The position numbers were made by a program, and so were the translations under genes. The notes under the pieces are model-generated. The model worked only from the letters and a program-made list of their open reading frames with translations. It was not told the origin of the DNA and searched no databases. 64,000 bases of DNA from Lingula anatina. Lineage: Eukaryota; Animalia; Brachiopoda. Below are positions 40,214-51,600 of this stretch, one piece after another. The DNA lies in assembly GCA_051362555.1 (NCBI GenBank), contig CM120641.1:44088401-44152400 (forward strand), given 5' to 3'. Each line of letters opens with the position of its first letter. The stretch's first letter is position 1.

Positions 40214-41054
40214 GTAAGTGAAAAATATTTGCATGGTTATAACGTCTTAGTTTAAGAAATCTTCAGCATTTATGCTATCAGTGATTCTCAATATAGGCTA
40301 TAGGTCAATTTCACATTTTTTTAGTTTATAAAAAGTAAGCGAACAGAAAATTGTTTTTCCAGGTGGAACTTTACTTACATGTCATCAGTCTAGCAAATTA
40401 AATCACTGAAAAAAATTACCAGATTTATCTGTATTGACATAAAAAATACATGAACGGACTAAATTTTAAACCTTCGTTACTGGCTCTCGCAGCACAATTT
40501 TACATTCTCCAATAGGTTTAGTTTATTTTTACCTAAGAAGAAAATTTGCAACTTGATGTCTAACGTCGCAGAAAATATGTAGACTGTTCATTTCAAATAA
40601 CGCAATAAACAGCTTGCGGCTACTTTCGCGGTGTCGCCCGTCTTAAAAAAAATAAACCTTCGTGACGTCTCTCTTTTGCTACAGGTTATTATTTTTTATT
40701 TGTTTGATGTTTTTTGTAATATTTTAGCCAGTAATTATATATTCAATTCAGTTACATCCATGATAACATAGACGATATGGTGACAGGGCACAGTCAAATG
40801 AAATAGATATTTTCTTTGGAATTCGTTTCTTTCACAGTGTTTTCGGTTGGTACATTCGTGTAAAATTAATTTAAATTTGAATAAAATAAATTGTGTTTAC
40901 CTGTTGCAGAACGTTTTTGACAAAGAAAATGAATCAAGTTATTGTGTGAAGCACGACATAAATTTAATAGTTTTAACCATACATCTTTCAATCACTTTTA
41001 CAGAAAAAATACCTGAGCCGACTTTGCAGTGAAGATCTGAAGCTTCATTGAAGA

Positions 41055-42916
41055 ATGAAAAGAGTGATGCTATTGGCCGTCAGTTTGCTGGCGCTAGCGA
41101 CAGGGTAAATTAATATGCATTTTCAAATTTATAATTTTGCTCACTGTTTATCATTGGTTGCTTTTCTTTTTTTTTAAATCATTCATTCATTAGGGCTATT
41201 CAATAAATTAATTAATTCTTCATTTCAAATTATAAAATATTTTCTGTGTTTAAATGTACATTTTTGTGAATCTGCAGAGGTTTTTAAAATCGTTTTTTTT
41301 TTTTTTTTTAGAAAAGATAAAATCATTTTAGCAATAGTCAAAATAATAAAACGGATTAAAAACGCTTTGCGTTTTGATTTAGGGTCCTCAGTAACTGCCG
41401 TGGTAGCTGGCCTTGCTGTGCTTCCAACGAATTCAACCCGGCGTCTCACGAGTGCTGCAGAGGGGTTATAAGGCCCAAGAATTCATCGTCACCATGCCCT
41501 GTAGACCCCGTGCAACCTTCACAGCAGCCCCAGGGGCAGCAAGGAAAGCCTTGCATGGGACCACGATGCCAGAGACCTAGCGGACCCAACATGCCTGCTG
41601 GTCCTTCCGGAGGACCTCAAGGACCAAACCGCCGTCCATCACAACCACAGGGACCGCCTTGCCAGGGACCACGATGTCAAAGACCAGGGGCACCTAACAA
41701 GCCAGTTGCTCCTTCCGGAGGACCTCAAGGACCAAACCGCCGTCCATCACAACCACAGGGACCGCCTTGCCAGGGACCACGATGTCAAAGACCAGGGGCA
41801 CCTAACAAGCCAGTTGCTCCTTCCGGAGGACCTCAAGGACCAAACCGCCGTCCATCACAACCACAGGGACCGCCTTGCCAGGGACCACGATGTCAAAGAC
41901 CAGGGGCACCTAACAAGCCAGTTGCTCCTTCCGGAGGACCTCAAGGACCAAACCGCCGTCCATCACAACCACAGGGACCGCCTTGCCAGGGACCACGATG
42001 TCAAAGACCAGGAGCACCTAACAAGCCAGTTGCTCCTTCCGGAGGACCTCAAGGACCAAACCGCCGTCCATCACAACCACAGGGACTGTCTTGCCAGGGA
42101 CCACGATGTCAGAGACCAGGTGTACAACAGTCAGGGCAGCAACGAAGACCTTGTACAGGTAATAACTGTAGGCAAGGGGCGGGTAGAGAAGACAGTAGTC
42201 GTGGACCCAACAGAGGGCCCAGCACTCCGAGCAACCGTTTTAGAGGTCCCAACACACCTGGCGAGCGTTTTAGAAGGCCCAGCAAACCCAGCGCCCGTTC
42301 CAGAGGGCCTAAGTCACCTGAAAGTCGTTCCAGAGGGCAGAACAGATACAGGTTTGGTGACCGTGATGATGATCGTTATGGCTCAAAGAAAAGAGGTGAT
42401 TACGATCGCCGATTCAATGCAAATCGGGCTATGCGCTTTAGAAATGGTACAAGATTGAGTTGGAATGTAACATCAGGCTGCAAGGGAAGTTACAATTGCT
42501 GTCTTGGCCTCTCCTTTGACCAAGCCACTCAGTTTTGCTGTGCTGGAGTGGTGCACAATATGGGAACCAACAATGCCTGTTGTCGTGGTCAACCTTTCCA
42601 AACTGCCACCCATAAATGCTGTTCTGGTGCCATCAGACTCATCACCGACCCCGCCCCCTGCTTTCAACGAAGGCAACCCCAGAACCAACCAGGAAATCAA
42701 AAATGGAGTTCTTTTCAAAATACAATGAAACCGAGCAGCAGGGCACCTCCCAAACCTCCACTTTGCGCAGGACAAGCCTTTGATGCTGCCACCCAGTTCT
42801 GTTGTGCAGGCATTGTGAGAGGCACTGCAGAAAACAATGCCTGTTGTCGAGGAATTCCATACAACTCGGCTTCAAGCAACTGCATCTTTGGAGAAGTTCA
42901 ACCAAAACAGCAATAA
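41055..42916 (+). CDS. Secreted galaxin-like protein with P/G/Q-rich 36-aa tandem repeats, ~527 aa
   Basis: Exon 41055-41104 (MKRVMLLAVSLLALATG, phase 2) joined to 41383-42916. N-terminal CC module (CCASNEFNPASHECCRG), tandem repeats, an R/S/P-rich region, and two C-terminal galaxin modules (CCLGLSFDQATQFCCAG...; LCAGQAFDAATQFCCAG...ACCRGIPYN). Confidence 0.85.
41603..42120 (+). repeat. Coding minisatellite, 108-bp unit, ~4.8 near-identical copies
   Basis: ccttccggaggacctcaagg recurs at 41603, 41711, 41819, 41927 and 42035, encoding PSGGPQGPNRRPSQPQGPPCQGPRCQRPGAPNKPVA. Confidence 0.95.
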
Positions 42917-43521
42917 GCTGTGCATTCATTTTCCTCACATCACCCTCAATGCATAAAATCTGCAACACTTAATTTTAGATAATTATATCCATGAAGCTGG
43001 TCTTTCATGGTAAATATATCTACAACTTTCTACATTAATACAATATGCTTGTTTTTTGAGTTTACTTTTGATAGTCATAAAAATGAATATGTAACTGATT
43101 TGCATTCTTTAGAAAATGAGAGACGCAAAATTATTTTAATTTGACTAGTTGGACCCATAAAAATGAATATATATAAATATATATACATCTGTTAGACCAT
43201 AAATTTTCAAACCTTTATTGCTGCAAATGAATTACAGAAAGATTTTGTTCAAACATTTTGATGCTTTCATGGAAAACTAAAATGAGATGGAATATGATCA
43301 TTATACAAATGTTATAATGAGAATAAAATAGTGTGCTGTTAATGCAACATGTCTTGAAGTTTTGTTTTCAAAGACATAATCTAAGGTTTTAAATATTGCA
43401 CATACAAACATGTTAAATAAACATGTTCCTACTAAAAGTTGAACCTTGTATGATGATGGCGTAGGCTCAGTGATCAAAAGGACTTTTATTAATTGTCAGT
43501 CTTTAGGAACTTTGAATACAG

Positions 43522-45118
43522 TCAATGTCTCCAACCAACTTCATGTCCATTTTCCATCATAGGTTCCACAAATCCACGGAAGTTCAGTCCATCATGAGAC
43601 CAACGTGCTCCATAACCTGAAAATAAAATAGAATACTGTCATCCTGACAATTGTATAATATTGCACTAGTCTATAAGAAAATATAATAAAAATGTCGGTA
43701 TGAAAATTAAAGATTCTATTTATATTTTGATTGTCATACACAGCAAAAGATAAACAAATAAGTCTACTGAATATAAAAGCACCTAAAAGTATTAATTTTA
43801 TTCATTTGTATTTTGTCTTGAAATGTGAAAGAAATGCAAAAGCCATTCAAGTATGTGCATATACTAGTAACTGTTGCCAGCACACAAATATGAGCAAGGT
43901 TTAATACACTATTGACACCATTTTCCATCAAACTATACAAACAAATGAATACTAGTAAATATAAGTGAATTCCAATTAACATATTTTCAGAAAAATATTT
44001 ATTTACCATCCTGTTGTCTAATTTCTAATATAAGTACTTCATTCTGAAAATCAAAAGAATACAAGTATTTTTATTCTTTGTGTGAAAAAAATATAATTCT
44101 TTTGAAATACTTTTTTTATATTTCAACTGTATATTCATAAACAAATAGCGAATTTTTTGATAGCTCACATCTAATGCATTAAGTATCAATACTAATACAG
44201 TAACTGAATGCATGCACAATAATTTTGAAGAGCAAACTTGGGACTAAATTGATAACCGGTGGACTGCATGCTTATTTAAAAAATAAACAATAAGAATTCT
44301 GAATCAGATTTTCTACTTACTGGCAAACTATGGATATTAATCCAGGTGGCTTCATCTAATATTCTTGTCACAACTTTAAAGGCATGATCATTTTGTTTGG
44401 CAACGGCTGGAACAGATTTAGGAAACAACAATTGTGGACTCATTCTAACTATGAAACATTCATATATGAAAGAATGTACCTCTTAATTCCTTTCATTTTG
44501 TTTTTCATCCTTATCTTTTCTATCCCAAATCTACCACAAACAAGTTCATCTTCATTGTGTGGGATATACGGATATATGAATAAAATAAATGATTCAGTAA
44601 GTCAGTGAATGACTAAATGATAGAATGGATATAGAAAGAAAGAAAGTAAACTTACGCCCCTTAGCAGTTCCCCACCAGCTGACCATGACGTCCCTGTGGC
44701 AATGTTTAGACAGAGCTCGGGCCCCTGTGGTCAGGTCACACGGTTTTATGCTGTCAGGTCTACGGACATAAAAGAATAACACTTTTCAACATTTTTCAAC
44801 ATTATTTAATGTTTACTAAATGTCTAACTAAGTAACATACCACACAATGTTCGAAAGACAAATGTTTTTTAACTGTCAGGCCCTGAGGGACACATATTAA
44901 TTGAACAGACATTGTTTTTGAAACATTATATGTCAATTAAAAGAATATTTAATTCTTTTTTTTTATTATTTTTTTGGAAGCCAAATGGTTTTTGGAGACA
45001 GTTTCCAGCAAAAATATATCAAAATCATCAAAAATGCCAAGAAACGATCTTCACCAATCCAAAGATTTCAACTCTAGAGCTTATTTTTAAATGCTTACGA
45101 TGACTCTTTAACCTTTAT

Positions 45119-45161
<43 letters not shown>

Positions 45162-48100
45162 TGTTGTGGAGATTCACTAGTCTCCATCAATATTATGAGA
45201 AGGACTAAAAACAGAGAAACTAAGTTTAAACAAAAATCAGATTGAAAAATTAAAATATTCTCAGCAGTTTTAAAAATGGTGTACCTTAGTAATTAAGGGA
45301 AAAGTGCTGAAATATATATATCTAAGAGAATAGATCTTTTACTATATGCTGATCTATAGTGCACTGAATATTTGCCACTTGGTATCATCACCTGTGTTTA
45401 GAGTTGAAAGTATTCTCCAGGGTTGACCTTGGGGGTGGCCAGAGATCTTTTGAGCCCACAGTTCTCCTCATTCCTAACAAGTCCATTAAACCCCTACGAC
45501 CCAATAACTGAAACAAAAATTCACAAAAGTTGAAACCTTTTTGATAATTTTTTACATTTTGTTATCAGGTCAAGTAAATTTTAGTTTAAGATTTATTTCT
45601 ATCCATCAAGCTATATTTTATTTTTCCCACATTCGAAAACTTCATTGTTCATTTTCTCTGTTATTTTTTTCAGGGTAATTAACAAATATTAACTCTGAAA
45701 ACAAACTGATAAATCTAAAGAATATTCTTATTTTACATCAGTTCTTAAAAAGGCTACTTGCATAAGGCTACTTTTTTGTCATTTCTGTTATCTTTGAAAC
45801 AGACTTCAAAGTTTTTTTTACATAATCCTCCTCATTATGCAATTATCTAGAGATAATTAAGCCCCAGTTACCAACAATTTGCATCAGTTATTGTGAGCGA
45901 GTTTTTTCAAACTTCGATGTTTCTGTGGCCGTCAAATCACTTTAGGCTAGAAGGACAACTGATATCATATCTGATTGATTGAAGAAACTATCACAGTAAC
46001 CAATTCTGAAGACAGTCTTTAATGAAGAAGCTTTATCACCTTCAGTATGCCCTCCAGCTTGTCTATCCTCTCACTACCACTAAACCTTGTCCAGCCAATG
46101 TACAGGTCTTTTAGTCTGTCACCAGTCTGTGTTCTGACAACAGTGCTGCATATGGAATAACCAAATCACATCTCATATTTGATTTTTATTTGATGATGCA
46201 TAAAGTTAATTCATTCAATATTCTACAATACTGAACCACAATCAGAATCTGAGTTTGCTTTAAACAAATATTTTTTCCAGACATAATATTATAATAAAGA
46301 ACTCTTTCTAAATGATTCTTTATAGGTTAAACTTTATACACTTGAAAAATTGCATTGTATATTTACAAAAAATACTGTTAGCTTCACATCAATCTATGGT
46401 TCTTTTTGTCTTCATTTATAAGTGTTTGTCACCACATCTTTATTAACAGATATTATTTCAACCAGCAGCAGCTTAATTGTTTCTAATTGTAGTGTACCAC
46501 AAGTGTAATTGCCCCTTGCCCTTGTTACTATCCCTTGAGTTTAGGGACATCATGTTCAAAAAAATCTAAATGGTGGCTAAAATATGTTTTTTTCCCCTGT
46601 GGCAGAGTGCCATGATAGAGTTGATAAACCAGGGCACTGAAAAAAATGAAACAAGCAGCTGGCAACCTTCAATGGAACCCCAGTAACTCTAGTTAAAAAA
46701 ATAAACTTGATAACATGCTTATAGAAGTAAAGAAGACTAAGTGTAAGTATGGGGATAAGCTCAACCTCACTATGAATGAAACTAAATTATAAAGACTTGT
46801 TTATAAGAGGCATAAATGCCAAATATTTCTACCTGCATTACCTGGTCAATGTTGAGTTGGTTTCCTCTAAAAGGTTGTGTTTGGGTAATTTGTCCACTGG
46901 ACAATTCCTTAAATAAATGAATAAATAAAAAATGAGTGAGGAATCGAAAACACATGCTTCACACATTCTTTGCTTCCATGTCTTTATCTATATCGTCAAT
47001 AAAAAAGATCAACATTACTCATCTAGCTGTAACCAGAGTTTCAGAGTCCAAGCTAGCTGGCTTCTTTATTTTCAAATTTCAATACATTTCTGACTGTTGT
47101 GCCTGACCTTAAGCTGGCACTTCAAACTATCAAGTAGGTCCAATTAGCATGCACATGTGGAGATTTGAAAATGAAGACGCTGCTACCAGTATCTAAGAGT
47201 GATATAAACTAATGTTGTCTGTATAATCATCCTCTAGTCCAACTATCTATGGTTTATCAGTGCAGAAAGTGCTAGGGTGCTATTATTTAGACTATAGTTA
47301 CAACCTTGCTGTGATCACTTTGGGAGTGCGTTCACAATGAAACTATTGTTACGGTACTAGGTAGTTTGAAACCAACTCCGTGGAGACTCTTGCTGAATGC
47401 AATCAGATTTATAGATTAACATACCTCCTCCTTACACTGATTAGAATACAGAAAAAGCTGGTGATTATACATGTACAAGTACATTGAAAACAAGAAGAGG
47501 CAGGTTAATCTGTAAATCTGTCCCCACATAGTTATTTAGAACGACCTAGCTAGTATGATACTCTCATTGTGAATGCGACCTTATCACTGACCCAGTCTCC
47601 ATCCACTGACACAGTCTGGCAGATATTGCCAAGTAAAGTGGGTGGCTTGGATATCCCACCACCTTCAGGTCAGGCTCCTTGTCTTGGTCAACTACTGGTA
47701 AGTCTTCTTGTAGTAAAGCATCCACATCCTCTTTAGTTATATCACTGTCCTCTAATGGACAGGAATGCAACACCTGCAAGATGACAATGATTGAAAATAA
47801 AATTATATATGAATTGTAACAACTAACAGGTATATAAAGTGCAAGCATATATATAAGGCACATGTACCATGCAGATCAGACACCATACAGGACTTTGAAA
47901 CAAACATGTCAAATGAATCAGACACATTTGATAATTGGGGCTTAGACAATAGACTTATTACAATTAAATGTATAAATTAAAATATATAAAACATTTCAAA
48001 ATTTTCATCTCAACAATAGGGTATGGCCTGTCTAAGAGAAGTAAATATTTTAACGGTTCTCAGTCGTGTTTTTTCTTATCAAATAAATTCATAAATCCCT

Positions 48101-48411
48101 ACAACATTGACATGATACATGTATATCCAATATGAATAGACACGAGCAACCTTGCAACAAATATTGAACAAAATATAAATGAGAGATAAAACCATATTTC
48201 ACTTTCAATTATAACCTCCTAGCAAATCTACAGTAAAAAATCCAAGTCCCTTACAGCGTTGTCCTATCAATTTCTACATCAAGTAGCTAACTGCATATTT
48301 ACCAGAAAAAAATTACCAGGCTTTTAATCAATTGTTAAATAATGACTGCATGTACACAATAAATTAAGTCACCTGCAAAAATAATGTAGAAACTTCCTCT
48401 TGCAGGGACAT
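43522..48411 (-). CDS. Uncharacterised protein homologous to the non-ASCH parts of plant 'RNA-binding ASCH domain' proteins, ~276 aa
   Basis: Nine GT-AG exons in frame: 48411-48373, 47773-47592, 46907-46842, 46145-46040, 45507-45392, 44759-44656, 44406-44321, 44043-44007, 43616-43522. Motifs: GYPSHPLY, LLGMRRTVGS..PPPRSTL, LTTGARALSKHCHR..WWG, WINIHSLP..LEIRQQDGYGARWSHDGLNFRGFVEPMMENGHEVGWRH*. Confidence 0.82.
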
Positions 48412-48625
48412 TGCCCTCCAGGGATTTGGAAAGCATCACCAAAGGCGTCTCAGTTTAAATGATGTAACCATTTAAAAAAACCTGTCAAATGAAAGTTGAA
48501 TAAGGTATGTTAAGAGCTTTGTTTATGAGGCTCTACGAAAGGAACTTGCATGAGACGACTCTTTAATGTTGTGAGGCGTATTTTACCCTACACTCTTGGT
48601 GATTTGGAGGCGAGAAAGTACCAAG
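48412..48625. promoter_or_regulatory. Compact bidirectional promoter/5'UTR region
   Basis: Divergent ATGs at 48411 (-) and 48626 (+) are only ~215 bp apart. A YY1-like CAAGATGG overlaps the TEPSIN ATG. Confidence 0.55.
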
Positions 48626-51600
48626 ATGGTGGAAGAGGGAAAACAAATTTCATCTTTCCTTGATAAAATTTCGTTTCTTAAAGAGGTATGTAGTTTTATT
48701 TTCTCAGTTTTACTATAAATATCAGCCAAATATACATATTGATTCAAACTTTTAGCAAAATTATTTTTGGCGTTTGCTTACGCATTTTAGACATTAAAAA
48801 CTAATCTCACATCCGTGATACTGATTCTAATAATCTAATTTATTTTAATCGAAAGGTCCAATCATGAATTAGATTATACAAACTTTTGTCGGGAATTAGA
48901 AAAATTGGAACCTAATTCTAGCCCTGAACTGAAGCTACGAAATTGAATAAGATGTTTAACTTGCTTTGATATATCCTTTTTTGTGACAATAGCAATGATA
49001 TTATCATGATAGTTACTTGACTAGTTATTTACAGTGTCATCTTTGTTAAAATTACAGTATCCCCTCCTGGAAAAGGCAACTGGAGATAATGAACAACCCA
49101 CAGCTGGTTATATGTTTAAGGAAATAAACAGTATCCTTGTCACAGTCAAATATTCAAAGAAAATTTTATTTTAAATTCAGAGATTATCATTAATGTGGAT
49201 GAAAGTCAGTGCTGCTTGAATTTGCAGTGAAAGAGCAGTCTGTACAATGTACAATGTGTTGCAATGAAGCACAACACAACACAATACACCTGAAAAAAAA
49301 AGTCCAGTTGCAAGTTTACACAGGAAACAGTCATTTATTTAAAAAAAACGGGGTAATAAAAAGCTAAATATATTACTGGGTTATTTTAAACTCAACCCAA
49401 CTGAACAAATAGTTACTTGCTGCTGGACTGTTTAATTTTTCACATGTATTGCATGGTTGTGCATTATTGGGCATTTTAGGTAGACCCATGTAAGAGTGAT
49501 AAAATAATGGTATATCATCTCTGCTGGTAACATCATGGGGCAAAAGTGGCAAAATGTATTATGTGCATTTAATCCTTGAAGTAATTTTTGGTAAAGCAGA
49601 AATATTGATAAGTACAGTTTATTGCCAGCATATTCTGTTAAAAGGATGTACATGATATAAAAAAACTTGACCCACCAGATAAAACCAAATCTTGAAAGTG
49701 AATTGAAATAATGAAGTTTATTTAACTCCTGCTACTATGATGTACAGAAGGCTCTGCATATCTAATTTAAGGAGTCTGATATAATAAAAATAAATACTAG
49801 TAACTATACTTAACAGCAATAGCTTTGACCATGTTTTTATTTAACCAAAAAAAGAATGCTAAGTAGGTGCTGGTATGAGCTTAGTACCAGTAATTTAAGA
49901 TTTTTTTATATATTAACTTAAGTTAAATAAAGATAACATTATTAACCCAGTGGTAGCATATCGGAAGATGGTTGACAGCAATCACTAGCACATTATTTCT
50001 TGATGCTATTCAAAAGTACTTGCTCTCATGTCAGACAACAATGATAATTACTGGTATTGCCTCTCTCCTTTGGGGAATATTTCAAAAGTTATCCTTTTCA
50101 AATTATCACAAGACTGTTAACATCCCCGGACATCTGCTCTCATATTTATGTAGCCTTTCCATAAAACTGGATTGATGCGAAGATATCTTGCATGTATTGG
50201 ACTGGGAAGGACATTCTCTTGAACAGTATCCTGGTCAAAATTGCCTGGGAATGTCTGAAAAGATTATTTTCAGGTTAATGATGATCCTTTGTGGATGATT
50301 AAATAATGTAAATTTAGTTTTTGACAAGTTATGAATGTTTTAATCATGGACCAAGTGCTGTATTTCATTATCAAAAAAAGGCTAAATGAATCTAAATGTG
50401 GATCTTTGTTGGATTTGATACCTGAATATGACCTTTGACATCTTGGTATGCTCTCATTAACTGTGTGTTGTTACCATAATGGAGCTGATATTCTTGGACA
50501 AATTGTGGACCTTTATTTCCTCCTGTGCCTATTGCTATATTTCTCCCCTTTGTTAAAATTGCAGTGATTTTTCTAACCCTCCCAAAGTCAAACTGCAGCC
50601 ACTGGTATCTGTTAGAAACTTTGGGAACCCAACTCCCTGCAAGTTTACCATCTTGTATTGAGTATATTCTTGTGGCTTCCTCATATGGATAGAGATATGA
50701 GGAAACTGTAATCTGGGCACCTGGGAGTGGATTTTTTCCAGACACCAGTAGAGTTTTACAGTCCTCTGGAGGAAAATGGGATTTTTGAAGTTCTAACTGC
50801 TGCTTTTGCTGATTAAGCAACTGCATTTGTTGCATAAGTAACAATGACTGTGAGTTGAGTAACTTGGCTTGGTCTTCAACCTTTAGCTGGAGCTTAGAAA
50901 CAGCAGAGTATAGGTCTCCTGTGCTCACTGCTGTAGAGGTTAGACTGGGTGCTGGTATAACAGGAACACAGTAGAGTGTGATACACAATGTCAACAACAG
51001 CAGAGCTGACTTGGATGATAGTGGAGACATCCTGCTCTATGTGATGTTCACTGTCAAGTAATTTAGTACTTTTTGGCTTAACACAATCATGTAAGCAGTT
51101 GATACAGCATACTGTATCAGTCTAAAGATCAATTGCTGTAGTTTGTTATTAATTTAATTAAATTTTATGTTATCTGTTCAAAGGTTATACATGTCAAGAA
51201 AGCCTTAACTTTCAAGTTCAATTCTCTGGTATTGATTTATGTGGCAGAAAAAGGTTTACTTATTAAAAGCTTACAATTGAAATTAGAGTATTTTAGATGT
51301 TCTGAACAAAGTACAAGACCTAATGATATATTTAATGGAGAATAGACTAATAAAAATCTATTTCTCGAATTCTGAAGATTCAGCACTCAATCTATACACT
51401 AGAGGTATATTTTAATCGATCCCCACCATTTAAAAATTATAAAAAACAATTAATTAGTGGAAAAAAGCGTTTTAGTAAACCTCACCTCAATACTAGTATG
51501 CATAAATGAAGCAACAGATCTGGGTCACGTGGTACTGTGACGACAATCACGATAAAGGTCTATGAGACTCAACTGAGCTGCATGGTGCATACAGACGGAG

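Noticed and set aside
41706-42458. 250-aa overlapping ORF in another frame
   Set aside because: Stop-free shadow frame of the 108-bp coding repeat; no signal peptide or splice support.
37500-42916. Similarity to sea-urchin Transformer (185/333) immune genes (leader exon + one large exon, Gly/His-rich, RGD)
   Set aside because: Transformer proteins are essentially Cys-free, whereas these are dominated by galaxin-type CC modules; the resemblance is only architectural.
43522-48411. Recent horizontal transfer or bacterial contamination
   Set aside because: Eight spliceosomal introns, host-like base composition and a shared promoter with TEPSIN; any bacterial origin must be ancient.
48971-48979. 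ATATCCTTT, a perfect AT-AC U12 donor motif
   Set aside because: Lies inside TEPSIN intron 1 with no exon upstream of it; probably chance.
49181-49230. Nearby acceptor that would make TEPSIN intron 2 only 50 nt
   Set aside because: The frame hits a stop (KIIINVDESQCCLNLQ*), and the true homologous exon (ISYESGSHCQSLL...HVKLK) is at 58601.
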